Assembly: GCA_018715045.1 (NCBI GenBank)
Contig: DVMH01000009.1
Coordinates: 20-64,019 of the forward strand
From: Candidatus Avidehalobacter gallistercoris
GTDB taxonomy: Bacteria > Bacillota > Dehalobacteriia > UBA4068 > UBA4997
Length of the DNA: 64,000 bases
Direction: 5' to 3'
How positions within the stretch are numbered: position 1 is the stretch's first letter; each line of letters opens with the position of its first letter. This document shows positions 38,500 through 48,236 of this stretch, in pieces. The notes below the pieces were generated by a model. The model saw only the letters and a program-made list of their open reading frames with translations. It was not told the DNA's origin and did not search any database. Both the position numbers and the translations under genes were made by a program.

Positions 38500-38973
38500 A
38501 TGAACAAACACAAATGGAAAAGTCTTATAATTGCCATCGCCATACCGGAAATTGTAGGCGCAGTGTCCGGCTTAATTAGCAGTCCGGCAATGATGCAGCA
38601 AAGTGAAACGCTGCTGATGCCGCCTTTTCAGCCGCCAGCATGGATATTTCCCATCGTCTGGCCCATATTGTATCTGTTGATGGGCATAGCTTCATGGTTG
38701 GTCTGGCAGGATAATAGCGATGAAAGCAAACGGTCACTGGGGCTTTACGCCGTACAGCTATTTTTTAATTTTCTCTGGCCGATTGCATTCTTCAATCTGG
38801 AATGGCGGCTGTTCTCGTTCTTTTGGCTGTTAGCTCTGATAGTACTGGTATTCCTGACCATGCGGGCATTCTGGCGGATCGACCGCCGGGCAGGCTGGCT
38901 GTTGGTTCCTTACCTTGTCTGGTGCTGCTTCGCCGCCTATTTGAACATCGGCATTTACCTGCTTAACAATTAG
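38500..38973 (+). CDS. tspO: TspO/MBR family tryptophan-rich sensory protein
   Basis: ORF trimmed to ATG 38500 (AGGAAG upstream). 5 TM segments, W-rich (..PPAWIFPIVWPILYLLMGIASWLVW..FFNFLWPIAFF..). Confidence 0.85.
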   Translation: MNKHKWKSLIIAIAIPEIVGAVSGLISSPAMMQQSETLLMPPFQPPAWIFPIVWPILYLLMGIASWLVWQDNSDESKRSLGLYAVQLFFNFLWPIAFFNLEWRLFSFFWLLALIVLVFLTMRAFWRIDRRAGWLLVPYLVWCCFAAYLNIGIYLLNN

Positions 38974-39764
38974 CCGCAGATATCCAGAATGTCCACCACG
39001 CGGAGGCCGAACTGCTCCGCCCGCATCCGCATTTCAGCCAACTGAAAGTCAAGCGTATCCGCCGCATGACTGTCCGTTCCGATAATAACCGGGGTGCGGT
39101 GTGCTTTCAAAATATCCCACAACCAATAGTCGGGATATGGGCGTGTCAAACCGTAACGGCACATCGCCCCGGTATTGATTTCAAAAACAAATTTTCCGGC
39201 ATGCCGCTCCAATACCAGGGCGGCTGATTTTCTGTATGCGGGAGCAGTCTCGTCAAAGAAACGCCCAGACGCGTTGAACTTGCAAACCAAATCAAAATGC
39301 CCGACGATATCCACCTGCCGGGCGGATAACATCTCGTCCATAGCCGCAAAATATGCCGCCGTATAAGCATAAGGATCGCCGCCGTTCGCCTTTATCGCCT
39401 CAGCTGTCACCTCGGCGGACATATCTACTGGCCATACCTCGCCTTCCGGCGTGGTGATGTTATGTACGCTACCAATCAGATAATCAAATTCGCCATGCGA
39501 CGGCATTGGACTCATACTGTCAAGCTCAAGTCCGCAGAAGATTGGCATTTTCCCCTCATACTCCATCTTAAGCGCCGCAACCTCACGCTGGTATGCCAAA
39601 AGCGCCGGAGTATCCATGCCAAAGCCGTCCTCTGGACAGAAGCTGTGACCGGAAAAGCCAAGCGCACTAAAACCAAGCTTATATGCCGCAGCCGCCATTT
39701 CCGCCGGGGTATTCGCGCCGTCGCAGTATTTGGTGTGCGTATGGGCGTTGCTTAAGGGTTTCAC
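38970..39764 (-). CDS. hisJ: histidinol-phosphatase, HisJ family (PHP domain)
   Basis: [16 protein letters not shown].. PHP motif; it is the last gene of the his operon. Confidence 0.85.
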   Translation of the reverse strand: MKPLSNAHTHTKYCDGANTPAEMAAAAYKLGFSALGFSGHSFCPEDGFGMDTPALLAYQREVAALKMEYEGKMPIFCGLELDSMSPMPSHGEFDYLIGSVHNITTPEGEVWPVDMSAEVTAEAIKANGGDPYAYTAAYFAAMDEMLSARQVDIVGHFDLVCKFNASGRFFDETAPAYRKSAALVLERHAGKFVFEINTGAMCRYGLTRPYPDYWLWDILKAHRTPVIIGTDSHAADTLDFQLAEMRMRAEQFGLRVVDILDICG

Positions 39765-40396
39765 TGCATCCTCTCCTGCTTCACTTTATGGTCAATGATA
39801 TGCCGCCGGGAAAGCTCCGCCGTCACCTCGTCCAACGTAATGCCATAGTGCACCAGCAGCACCATCACATGATAGCACAAATCGGCAACCTCGTAAATCG
39901 TCTCGGCCTTATCTTCCGCCTTGGCCGCGATAATAACCTCAGTTGCTTCCTCGCCCACCTTTTTCAGTATCTTATCCAGACCCTTATCGAACAGATAGGA
40001 TGTGTAGCTGCCTTCCTGCGGCTGGTTTTTGCGCCCCAAAAGCAGGTCGTAAAGCCCCTGATATGTGAACTGCTGTACCGCGTCGTCCAGATAAACCGGG
40101 TTGAAGAAGCAACTTTCCGCTCCCGTGTGACATGCCGCCCCCTCCTTGATCACTTGCACCAACAGAGCATCCTCATCGCAGTCCGCCTTGATACTGACGA
40201 TATGCTGCACATTGCCGCTCTCCTCGCCTTTCCGCCAAAGCTTACCACGGCTACGCGACCAAAAGCAGGTGCGTTTTTCTGCAATGCTGATAGCCAGACT
40301 TTCCGCGTTCATATAAGCCAACATCAGCACCTGCCCGCTGTAATGATCCTGCACAATAGCCGGTATCAGACCGTTTGCATCAAACTGCAATGCCAT
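39761..40396 (-). CDS. hisIE: bifunctional phosphoribosyl-AMP cyclohydrolase / phosphoribosyl-ATP pyrophosphatase
   Basis: 211 aa. ..[28 protein letters not shown].. is the HisI part; the C-terminal HisE part carries [11 protein letters not shown]. Confidence 0.9.
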   Translation of the reverse strand: MALQFDANGLIPAIVQDHYSGQVLMLAYMNAESLAISIAEKRTCFWSRSRGKLWRKGEESGNVQHIVSIKADCDEDALLVQVIKEGAACHTGAESCFFNPVYLDDAVQQFTYQGLYDLLLGRKNQPQEGSYTSYLFDKGLDKILKKVGEEATEVIIAAKAEDKAETIYEVADLCYHVMVLLVHYGITLDEVTAELSRRHIIDHKVKQERMQ

Positions 40397-40430
40397 ATTG
40401 CGCCTCCTTATTCTCTCAATTAATACTATA

Positions 40431-41186
40431 TTATATTCTTATTTCAACACCCTGCGCTTTAAGATACCGCTTCAATTCAGGGATAAGCACCTGCTTGTGA
40501 TGGAAAATCGAGGCTGCCAGCCCCGCGTCCACGCCAGGATGTTTGAACAGCTCCGCAAAGTGCTCCATCGTACCAGCGCCGCCGCTGGCAATAATCGGCA
40601 CGTTCACTCTATCAGCCATTGCGTCCAGCATCGCCAGATCGAACCCCTGCTTTACGCCGTCGGTGTCGATACTGTTAACCACCAGCTCTCCCGCGCCGTT
40701 TGCCACGCCAAAAGCTGCCCATTCCAGCGCATCTTTGCCGGTATCCTCACGGCCTCCCTTGGCAAAAACGTGATACGCGTTGCCCACCAGCTTCACGTCA
40801 AGGCTCAGAACCACGCACTGGCTGCCGTATTTAGCCGCTGCCCGGGGAATAATTGTAGGATCAGCCAGCGCACCGCTGTTCACGCTAACCTTATCGGCAC
40901 CTGCTTTCAGCACCCGGTTGAAATCGTCCAGCGTGCGGATACCGCCGCCCACCGTCAGTGGAATAAAAATCTCCGCCGCCACCCGTGTCAATATATCCAC
41001 AAACAGGCTGCGCCCTTCCACGCTGGCCGTGATATCGTAAAATACCAATTCGTCAGAGCCCTGCTCGTTATAAAACCGCGCCATTTCCACCGGATCAGCT
41101 ACCGCTTTGACGCCCTGAAAATTCTGACCTTTTACCACCTGGCCGTCCTTAATGTCCAAACAGGGAATAATGCGCTTGGTTATCAC
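40431..41186 (-). CDS. hisF: imidazole glycerol phosphate synthase cyclase subunit
   Basis: GTG 41186 (AAGGAGGTGG 5 nt upstream) overlaps the hisA stop. [19 protein letters not shown].. is the classical HisF N-terminus. Confidence 0.95.
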   Translation of the reverse strand: MITKRIIPCLDIKDGQVVKGQNFQGVKAVADPVEMARFYNEQGSDELVFYDITASVEGRSLFVDILTRVAAEIFIPLTVGGGIRTLDDFNRVLKAGADKVSVNSGALADPTIIPRAAAKYGSQCVVLSLDVKLVGNAYHVFAKGGREDTGKDALEWAAFGVANGAGELVVNSIDTDGVKQGFDLAMLDAMADRVNVPIIASGGAGTMEHFAELFKHPGVDAGLAASIFHHKQVLIPELKRYLKAQGVEIRI

Positions 41187-41908
41187 TGTGCCACCTCCTT
41201 TGCCAGCCGCAAACACTCCGCGAGGTCAAGCTTTCCCGCATAGAGCGCCTTGCCGATAATCACACCGGAGATACCGATTTTCGCAAGTTTGGTTATCTCA
41301 TCCGGGTAGCTTACACCACCGCTGGCTACTACATTAAGCCCTGCAATCGACGCCAAACGATGATACAGCGCCAAATTGGCGCCGCCCAGCGCACCATCCC
41401 TGGCAATATCCGTGACGATCACAGTTTTGACTCCAGCCGCGGCCAGTTTGCGGCAGAAGTCCTCACAATCCAGTTCAGTTGACTCCAGCCAACCAGAGAT
41501 AGCCACCTTACCATACCTGGCATCCACACCTACGGCAATCTTGTCGCCATATTTGAAAGCCATATTTTGAGTAAACGGAAAGTTTTTCACCGCTGCCGTG
41601 CCGAGTATCACCCGCCCGACACCAAGGTCGAGGTATTGTTTAATACGTTCTTCATCACGAATACCGCCGCCAACCTCAACAAACATACCAGCAGCCTGTG
41701 TAACCGCACGTATTGCCGCAAAATTGGCCGTCGTGCCGTCTTTTGCACCGTCCAAATCGACAACATGCAGAAACTGCGCCCCAGACGCAGCAAAATCCTG
41801 TGCCACTGCTACCGGGTCGCTGTTATACACCGTCATTTGGTTATAATCGCCGCGAGTCAGGCGCACCACTTTACCCCCGGATAAATCAATTGCCGGAAAA
41901 ATCTCCAC
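41183..41908 (-). CDS. hisA: 1-(5-phosphoribosyl)-5-[(5-phosphoribosylamino)methylideneamino]imidazole-4-carboxamide isomerase
   Basis: MEIFPAIDLSGGKVVRLTRGDY.. is the HisA N-terminus. Confidence 0.95.
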   Translation of the reverse strand: MEIFPAIDLSGGKVVRLTRGDYNQMTVYNSDPVAVAQDFAASGAQFLHVVDLDGAKDGTTANFAAIRAVTQAAGMFVEVGGGIRDEERIKQYLDLGVGRVILGTAAVKNFPFTQNMAFKYGDKIAVGVDARYGKVAISGWLESTELDCEDFCRKLAAAGVKTVIVTDIARDGALGGANLALYHRLASIAGLNVVASGGVSYPDEITKLAKIGISGVIIGKALYAGKLDLAECLRLAKEVAQ

Positions 41909-41919
41909 GCTATACCTCC

Positions 41920-42534
41920 CTATAATTCCGCAAACGCCTTCAAAAGAGCCAGACCCGCTGTACCGCTTTTCTCCGGGTGAAACTGAGTAGCCCAGACGCT
42001 ACCCCGCCTGACCGCTCCCGTCACTGGAATGCCATATTCCGACGTGGCCAGTGTGCTTTCCCGGCAGTTTTTGGCGTAAAAGCTATGCACATAATAGACA
42101 TGAGCTCCCGGCGGAAAATATTTGAACAGCGGATCTTCCTTCACGATGTTCAGGCTGTTCCAGCCGATATGCGGCACTTTCAGGCCGCCCGCCGGCAAAT
42201 CAGGCGCAAGCGGCTCCACCGTGCCGGGAATAAGGGATAAACCCTGATGCTCGCCGAATTCATAGCTTTTATCGAACAGAAGCTGCATACCAAGGCAGAT
42301 ACCCAGCAGCGGTTTGCCTGCCGCCGCATGCCGCTTAACCTCATCAAACAGACCGCTTTCACGAAGCTTCGCCACCGCGTCACCAAAAGCGCCCACTCCC
42401 GGCAGTATCAGCCTATTTGCCCGGCGAATCTCTGCCGCGTCATTTGACAGCACATTGTCAATACCAAGGTAGCTCAAGGACGAACGCAGCGAGAACAGAT
42501 TGCCCACGCCGTAATCAATGATAGCAACGTTCAC
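41920..42534 (-). CDS. hisH: imidazole glycerol phosphate synthase glutaminase subunit
   Basis: VAIIDYGVGNLFS.., ..ICLGMQLL.. (catalytic Cys), ..QFHPEKS... Confidence 0.95.
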   Translation of the reverse strand: MNVAIIDYGVGNLFSLRSSLSYLGIDNVLSNDAAEIRRANRLILPGVGAFGDAVAKLRESGLFDEVKRHAAAGKPLLGICLGMQLLFDKSYEFGEHQGLSLIPGTVEPLAPDLPAGGLKVPHIGWNSLNIVKEDPLFKYFPPGAHVYYVHSFYAKNCRESTLATSEYGIPVTGAVRRGSVWATQFHPEKSGTAGLALLKAFAEL

Positions 42535-43134
42535 CTAAATCACCCCTTTGGTAGAAGGTATATGCCAGGCATTTTGCGCATCAACCGCCACAGCCTGACG
42601 CAACGACCTCCCCAGACCCTTGAACATCGCTTCAATAATATGGTGCGCGTTGTGGCCGGCCAGTTTGCGGATATGCAGAGTGAATCCCGCGGTGCGGCAG
42701 AGCGCCTGCATAAATTCCTCCGCCAGTTCGGTATCAAAATCGCCCACCTTGCCGGCAGGGATATCGGCCTGATAGCCGAGATATGACCGACCGCTGATAT
42801 CCACCGCCACCAACACCAGAGCTTCGTCCATCGGCAACAGCTGCTGACCGTAACGAGTAATGCCGCGCTTATCCAAGAGCGCCTTTGAAAACGCCTCGCC
42901 CAGCGTGATAGCGACGTCCTCAGTGGTGTGGTGATAATCCACCGCTACATCACCCCGACAGCAGACGTTCAAATCAAAACAGCCGTGCGCCGACATAAGT
43001 TCCAGCATATGGTTCAGAAAGCCGCAGCCGGTGTCAACAGCGGCTTTGCCCGTTCCGTCCAGATTCAGCGTCAGCTTGATTTGCGTCTCCTTGGTATTTC
43101 TTTCAATCTGGGCTTCGCGTAAAACATTTGTCAT
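42535..43134 (-). CDS. hisB: imidazoleglycerol-phosphate dehydratase
   Basis: ..RNTKETQI.., ..DYHHTTEDVAI.., ..GHNAHHIIEA... Confidence 0.95.
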   Translation of the reverse strand: MTNVLREAQIERNTKETQIKLTLNLDGTGKAAVDTGCGFLNHMLELMSAHGCFDLNVCCRGDVAVDYHHTTEDVAITLGEAFSKALLDKRGITRYGQQLLPMDEALVLVAVDISGRSYLGYQADIPAGKVGDFDTELAEEFMQALCRTAGFTLHIRKLAGHNAHHIIEAMFKGLGRSLRQAVAVDAQNAWHIPSTKGVI

Positions 43135-44207
43135 GTCAGTTCTCCTTTATTATTCGCCAGAATTTGCGACGTCACATCCAGCAGCATCTGCATTTCAGCA
43201 TGGCTGCCGATTGTGATGCGCACAAAATCACGGATACGTACTTCGTCAAACCAGCGCACCAAAATCCCCCGCTGCTTCAGCTGTCTATAATACGCCTCTC
43301 CGGAAATTTTGTCATGCCGCGCCAGCAGAAAATTCGCCTTGCCTGGCAAAACCAGAAAGCCAAGCTTTTTAAGACCCGCTGCCGTAAATTCACGATCGGC
43401 AATGATCTTGGCGCAGCAGGCGTTAAAATAATCTTTATCGCGCATGGCGGCCGCCGCCAGTTCTAATGACAGACGGTTTACATTATACGGGTTGAAAGAA
43501 AATTTAACGGTATTCAAATCGGCGATGACATCCGGACTGCCCAGTGCCAGCCCTACGCGCGCCCCCGCCAGCTGGCGGCTTTTGGAAAGCGTCTGCACCA
43601 CCAAAATATTAGGATATTTATCCAGCAGGGCAACTGCACTTTCGCCGCCGAAATCTACATACGCCTCGTCGATGATCACCATATCGTCAGGATGACGCTG
43701 CAAAATACCCTCAATAACAGTAAGCGGCAGTTCCAGCCCGGTGATAGCGTTGGGATTGGCCAGCACCACCTGCTCGCCCGGCCGGTAATAATTCGACGGG
43801 TCAATGGTAAAATCCGCCGCCAGCGGCACAATGCGAACAGGTATCCCAAACAACGCGGCAAACACGCTGTAAAACGCATATGTAACATCGGGGAAAGCCA
43901 TTTTGCGCCCCCGCCCAAACGCCTGAAACGCAAACGCCAGCACCTCGTCCGACCCGTTGCCAAGAAAGACGTTTTCAGGCTTTAACCCATAATATTCGGC
44001 AATGGCAGCCCTGGGTTTTGCTGCTTCAGGATCGCTGTAAAGCCTAAGTTCCGCCGCGTCCGCCGCCGCCAATACCTCTGCCACACCAGGAGCTGGAGGA
44101 TATGGGCTTTCATTGGTATTCAATTTGATATACTGCCTGTTCTGTGGCTGTTCTCCCGGCGTGTAGGGCGTTAAACTGGAAAGAATCGGGCTTAAAAAAC
44201 GGCTCAT
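43131..44207 (-). CDS. hisC: histidinol-phosphate aminotransferase
   Basis: ATG 44207 (GAGG 7 nt upstream). ..LNTNESPYPP.., ..VVQTLSKS.. (PLP lysine). Confidence 0.9.
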   Translation of the reverse strand: MSRFLSPILSSLTPYTPGEQPQNRQYIKLNTNESPYPPAPGVAEVLAAADAAELRLYSDPEAAKPRAAIAEYYGLKPENVFLGNGSDEVLAFAFQAFGRGRKMAFPDVTYAFYSVFAALFGIPVRIVPLAADFTIDPSNYYRPGEQVVLANPNAITGLELPLTVIEGILQRHPDDMVIIDEAYVDFGGESAVALLDKYPNILVVQTLSKSRQLAGARVGLALGSPDVIADLNTVKFSFNPYNVNRLSLELAAAAMRDKDYFNACCAKIIADREFTAAGLKKLGFLVLPGKANFLLARHDKISGEAYYRQLKQRGILVRWFDEVRIRDFVRITIGSHAEMQMLLDVTSQILANNKGELT

Positions 44208-44225
44208 GGTAAAACCTCGCAAAAT

Positions 44226-45503
44226 TTATTTTCGGAAACGCACCGCAACGCTTTCGGCATGCGCGTGCAGACCTTCGCGCTCGGCAAAATCAACGATACG
44301 GTCGGCAACCTTACCAAGCGCCTCTTTAGGATAATAAATGAAGCTGCTTTTTTTGACAAAATCGTCCACTGAAAGCGGACTGGAAAAGCGTGCCGTGCCG
44401 CTGGTGGGCAACGTATGGTTAGGCCCGGCCAGATAATCGCCAAGTGCTTCCGGCACATTGCGGCCAAGGAATATCGATCCGGCATTTTTGATGCTGTCCA
44501 GTAGCGCGAAAGGCTCCGCTACGCATACCTCCAAATGTTCCGGCGCAATTTGGTTGACAGCGGCTACTGCCTGCTCCATGCTCTCCGCCACAATAATTTT
44601 ACCGTTAACATCAATGCTGGCACGGGCAATCTCTTTCCGCGGGAGCAATGGTATCTGTCGCTCCAACTCGGCAGAAACCGCTTCCGCCAGTTCCTTGCTG
44701 GTTGTAATCAGCACCGCCGTTGCCAGCTTGTCATGCTCAGCCTGACTCAGCATATCTGCCGCCACAAATTTAGGATCGCAGCCGCCGTCAGCCAGCACCA
44801 GGATCTCGCTTGGCCCCGCGATCATGTCGATATCCACCAGGCCGTAAACCTTGCGCTTGGCGGTGGCGACAAACACGTTGCCAGGACCAACTATCTTATC
44901 AACCTTGGGCACTGTCTCGGTACCGTACGCCAGAGCTGCAATAGCCTGTGCGCCGCCCACCTTAAAGATTCGGCTAACACCGGCTACCTTGGCAGCGGCA
45001 AGGATTGCCGGGGCGATTTTGCCCTCGGCGTTCGGCGGCGTGGTCATCACAAGTTCCGATACGCCCGCAAGCTTTGCGGGAACGGCATTCATCAGCACAC
45101 TGCTGGGATAACTAGCCGTACCGCCCGGCACATAAAGCCCCGCCTTTTCGATCGGCGTATACTTCTGCCCCAGCACAATGCCGCCCTCTTCGGTGATGAC
45201 GAAATTCTTTTGTATTTGGCGGCTATGGAAGCGGCTGATGTTGTCACGTGCAATCTCCAGCGTCTTGATAAATTCCGTATCCATGGCATCAAACGCCTCT
45301 ATTAACTCAGCCTCGCTCACTTCAAGCGCGGTCAGCTTGGCGCGATCAAACTTCTCGCCATAGGCCAGAAGCGCTGCATCGCCGTCTTTCCGCACATTGG
45401 CAATAATATCGTCTACAATGGCCTCTACGCCTTTTTCCTCTCGAATATCACGGTTTAAAATCTGTTCGACGGGAATCTCCGCCAAATTGTATTGCTTGAT
45501 CAT
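44226..45503 (-). CDS. hisD: histidinol dehydrogenase
   Basis: ATG 45503 with GGGGGAGG upstream. ..YVPGGTASYPSSVLM.., ..AGPSE.., ..QAEHD... Confidence 0.95.
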   Translation of the reverse strand: MIKQYNLAEIPVEQILNRDIREEKGVEAIVDDIIANVRKDGDAALLAYGEKFDRAKLTALEVSEAELIEAFDAMDTEFIKTLEIARDNISRFHSRQIQKNFVITEEGGIVLGQKYTPIEKAGLYVPGGTASYPSSVLMNAVPAKLAGVSELVMTTPPNAEGKIAPAILAAAKVAGVSRIFKVGGAQAIAALAYGTETVPKVDKIVGPGNVFVATAKRKVYGLVDIDMIAGPSEILVLADGGCDPKFVAADMLSQAEHDKLATAVLITTSKELAEAVSAELERQIPLLPRKEIARASIDVNGKIIVAESMEQAVAAVNQIAPEHLEVCVAEPFALLDSIKNAGSIFLGRNVPEALGDYLAGPNHTLPTSGTARFSSPLSVDDFVKKSSFIYYPKEALGKVADRIVDFAEREGLHAHAESVAVRFRK

Positions 45504-45521
45504 GCTAAATTCCTCCCCCAT

Positions 45522-46148
45522 TTATGCCTGCGGCAGCTTGGCCGCCAGCTTTGTTAACATCGTTGCAACTTCTGCCTGCTTAAACTTATAGGCCGCCTTG
45601 TTGGCAATATAGCGGGCGCTGATCGGCACGATTTCCGATATCACCCTAAGATTATTCTCTCTAAGCGTCGCGCCGCTTTCCACAATATCCACGATAACAT
45701 CGGACAGGCCTAGAATTGGCGCCAGCTCAATGCTGCCGTTCAGCTTGATAATTTCAATCTCGCGGTTCAAAGCAGCGTAATAACCCTTGGCAATGTTGAC
45801 AAATTTCGTCGCCACACGCAGCCGCCGTCCAGTGTCCTCGCGAAAATCCTGCTTACCCGCCACGCAGACACGGCATTTGCCAATATGAAGATCCAACAAC
45901 TCATAAACGTCGGCGGCGCTCTCCAGCAGAATGTCCTTGCCGACGATACCAACATCCGCAGCACCATGCTCCACATAGATAGCTACGTCGCTAGGCTTCA
46001 CGAGAAAATAGCGCACGCCCGTCTGCTCGTTTTCAAACACCAGACGGCGGTTATCCAGATAAATGTCACGGCAGTCATAACCGATACCATCCAACAGCTC
46101 GTACACCTGATCTCCCAAACGGCCTTTCGGCAACGCAATATTCAACAT
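45522..46148 (-). CDS. hisG: ATP phosphoribosyltransferase, short form
   Basis: 208 aa. LNIALPKGRL.. N-terminus; the short form is consistent with the adjacent hisZ. Confidence 0.95.
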   Translation of the reverse strand: MLNIALPKGRLGDQVYELLDGIGYDCRDIYLDNRRLVFENEQTGVRYFLVKPSDVAIYVEHGAADVGIVGKDILLESAADVYELLDLHIGKCRVCVAGKQDFREDTGRRLRVATKFVNIAKGYYAALNREIEIIKLNGSIELAPILGLSDVIVDIVESGATLRENNLRVISEIVPISARYIANKAAYKFKQAEVATMLTKLAAKLPQA

Positions 46149-47248
46149 TCCGCCAGCCTCCCTCCGCTGAATTTGTAATGGCGGCGGAAACGAATATCAG
46201 ACGGCAGACTGGCCGCTACCCGCACTGATTGCCCAGCTTCAGCAAATTCACGAGCTGCCGCTAGCAGCCCCTCTGCGTCGGCATCAGCGTCCTCCTCCAG
46301 CCATACATCCACGTCAAAATCCCGCGGCGGCAGCGGCAAACGCTCCAATTCATCGAGGTAGACCGCAAAACACACTGCCCCCATGCTGTGGCCGAGTTTC
46401 CGCATCATGCTGTCATACCGTCCACCCGAAAGTACTGGCCGGGGCACTCCCTCCAGATAACCGCATATGAGAATGCCGTCATAAAACTCAGTGTCGTTCA
46501 GCATCGCCAGATCCAGCCGTAAATGCGCCTGCGCCGCCTCATCCTGCGCAGCACAGATGGTTTTCAGCTCATCAAGCGCGCTCTGCATTTTGCGCCCGGT
46601 GCAAATATCCTCAGCAAGATTAAGCACATCTTCCGGCGAGCCGGTCAGTTTCAGCAGCGCCAGAAGGCGTTTGGCGTCGGCAGCAGCAAGCCCCAGCTCG
46701 TCTGCCGTTTGTTTCAGCAAATGAGGGCTTTTGGCGGCAAGCCCGGCCAAAATCTGAGCACGCTCAGCCTCCGTCAAATCCAGTTTTTCCAATAGCCCTG
46801 TTACAAATTGCATATGCCCAATTTCCAAAATGTAGCCATCACTTATTGCCGCCAGCGACTGCGCCGCCAGCTGCACAGTTTCGGCCAGCGCATATGAGTC
46901 CACACGCCCCATATATTCCAGACCCATCTGGTTGATTTCCTTGAAAGTGTTGCTCTCTTTGCTTTCGCGGTACACTTTTTCAATATAATACGCCTTGGCC
47001 GTCTCATTTTCCCGCGCATTCTTGATAATGCTCAGCGTCACGTCGGGGCGCAATGCCAACAACCGACCGTCCAAATCGGTGAAGCTCAGAATTCTATCGC
47101 CGGCAAGGAATTTCTTATATTGCAGGTACAGGCTGTATTCCTCAAAATTACTCACCTTATAGCGCCTATAACCATAAAGCTCGTACAGGCGGCGTAACAC
47201 CAGCATAGCGCGCTCTTCCGGGCGGCTGGCGTCAAAATCAAAGTTCAT
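46142..47248 (-). CDS. hisZ: ATP phosphoribosyltransferase regulatory subunit (HisRS paralogue)
   Basis: 368 aa, class-II aaRS-like without an anticodon domain. First gene of the operon; overlaps hisG by 7 nt. Confidence 0.85.
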   Translation of the reverse strand: MNFDFDASRPEERAMLVLRRLYELYGYRRYKVSNFEEYSLYLQYKKFLAGDRILSFTDLDGRLLALRPDVTLSIIKNARENETAKAYYIEKVYRESKESNTFKEINQMGLEYMGRVDSYALAETVQLAAQSLAAISDGYILEIGHMQFVTGLLEKLDLTEAERAQILAGLAAKSPHLLKQTADELGLAAADAKRLLALLKLTGSPEDVLNLAEDICTGRKMQSALDELKTICAAQDEAAQAHLRLDLAMLNDTEFYDGILICGYLEGVPRPVLSGGRYDSMMRKLGHSMGAVCFAVYLDELERLPLPPRDFDVDVWLEEDADADAEGLLAAAREFAEAGQSVRVAASLPSDIRFRRHYKFSGGRLAEC

Positions 47249-47376
47249 TGTCCAATCTCCTATAAATAAAACTATTTTTATATTTTACGCCAAAATCAGC
47301 AATGTTGCAAGTCCTTACCAACCTTTTCTTTATCAATTTATCGCTTTAATACGTTAAACAAACAAAACATACTGGC

Positions 47377-47405
47377 ATTATAGCATATAAAAAAGGAGCT
47401 GGCAA
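47377..47405 (-). promoter_or_regulatory. sigma-A promoter of the his operon (TTGCCA-17-TATAAT)
   Basis: Minus strand reads TTGCCA (47405-47400), 17-nt spacer, TATAAT (47382-47377). Leader of about 125 nt. Confidence 0.5.
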
Positions 47406-47519
47406 GAGGTTTCAGCAATTTTTTGCCACAGCATCAGCAAAAGATGTGCAAAAACTTGCCTAAAACAGCCTAAATATGTTATGCTTAAAAGTAATTTTGA
47501 CGGTGAAAGGCGATGCTTC

Positions 47520-48215
47520 ATGCCAAACGAGCTCATAATAAAAGAATTACAGCCGAACCGGTCGGAAGTGCTGCGCTACCTGCGGTTACCGAAAGAAGCT
47601 CTCCCCACGCCGGAGTTTTCTGCGGCGCTGGATGCGGCGGAAAGGGAACTACTGGCAGCAGCTGAGCCCCGCTTCGTCTGGCGGCGCTTCGGCATAAGAC
47701 AAAAACCGACAGGAATAAAGCTATCCAACAGCGACGTTTTGCTACCAGGGCAGGATATTACAGAACTTTTGACCGAGGCGGATTCCTGCCTGCTGCTTGC
47801 AGCGACGTTGGGTATTACGGCTGACAATCTGATTCGACGCGCCGAACCGGCTGATATAAGTCATGCCCTGCTGCTGGATGCGTTGGCCTCGGCTGCGGTA
47901 GAAAACCTTTGCGACCAGGTACAAGCCTGGCTGGAGCAGAAATTTGCGAAAGAAAATTTGTTTTTGACCAACCGCTTCAGCCCCGGCTACGGCGATCTGC
48001 CGCTGGCTATGCAGCGTCCACTCGTCCTGCTTTTAGATGCCGGGCGACAAATCGGCCTGACAGTCAGCCAGAGCCATCTGCTACTGCCGCGCAAATCCGT
48101 CACCGCCATTATCGGCGTATGCCACAGCCCCCAGCCGCGCCGCACCGACAAGTGCGCCGTCTGCCCGGCCAGATACACCTGCCCCTACCGACAAAGCGGC
48201 AGATGCAATCAATGA
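47520..48215 (+). CDS. stand-alone methionine synthase reactivation (AdoMet-binding activation) domain protein
   Basis: ORF trimmed to ATG 47520. About 230 aa placed immediately upstream of a MetH that lacks this domain. ..RFSPGYGDLPL.. is characteristic of the activation domain. Confidence 0.7.
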   Translation: MPNELIIKELQPNRSEVLRYLRLPKEALPTPEFSAALDAAERELLAAAEPRFVWRRFGIRQKPTGIKLSNSDVLLPGQDITELLTEADSCLLLAATLGITADNLIRRAEPADISHALLLDALASAAVENLCDQVQAWLEQKFAKENLFLTNRFSPGYGDLPLAMQRPLVLLLDAGRQIGLTVSQSHLLLPRKSVTAIIGVCHSPQPRRTDKCAVCPARYTCPYRQSGRCNQ

Positions 48216-48236
48216 ATGATAAGCGAGGAAACAACC

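Noticed and set aside
39683-41243. 246-aa and 281-aa plus-strand ORFs over hisIE/hisF
   Set aside because: They are antisense to textbook his genes, and the translations are H/R/Q-rich nonsense with no start context.
47249-47519. Expected an S-box (SAM) riboswitch before the met genes, or a His T-box before hisZ
   Set aside because: Neither conserved core is visible on either strand, and both leaders are too short. Reported as an absence, not a feature.
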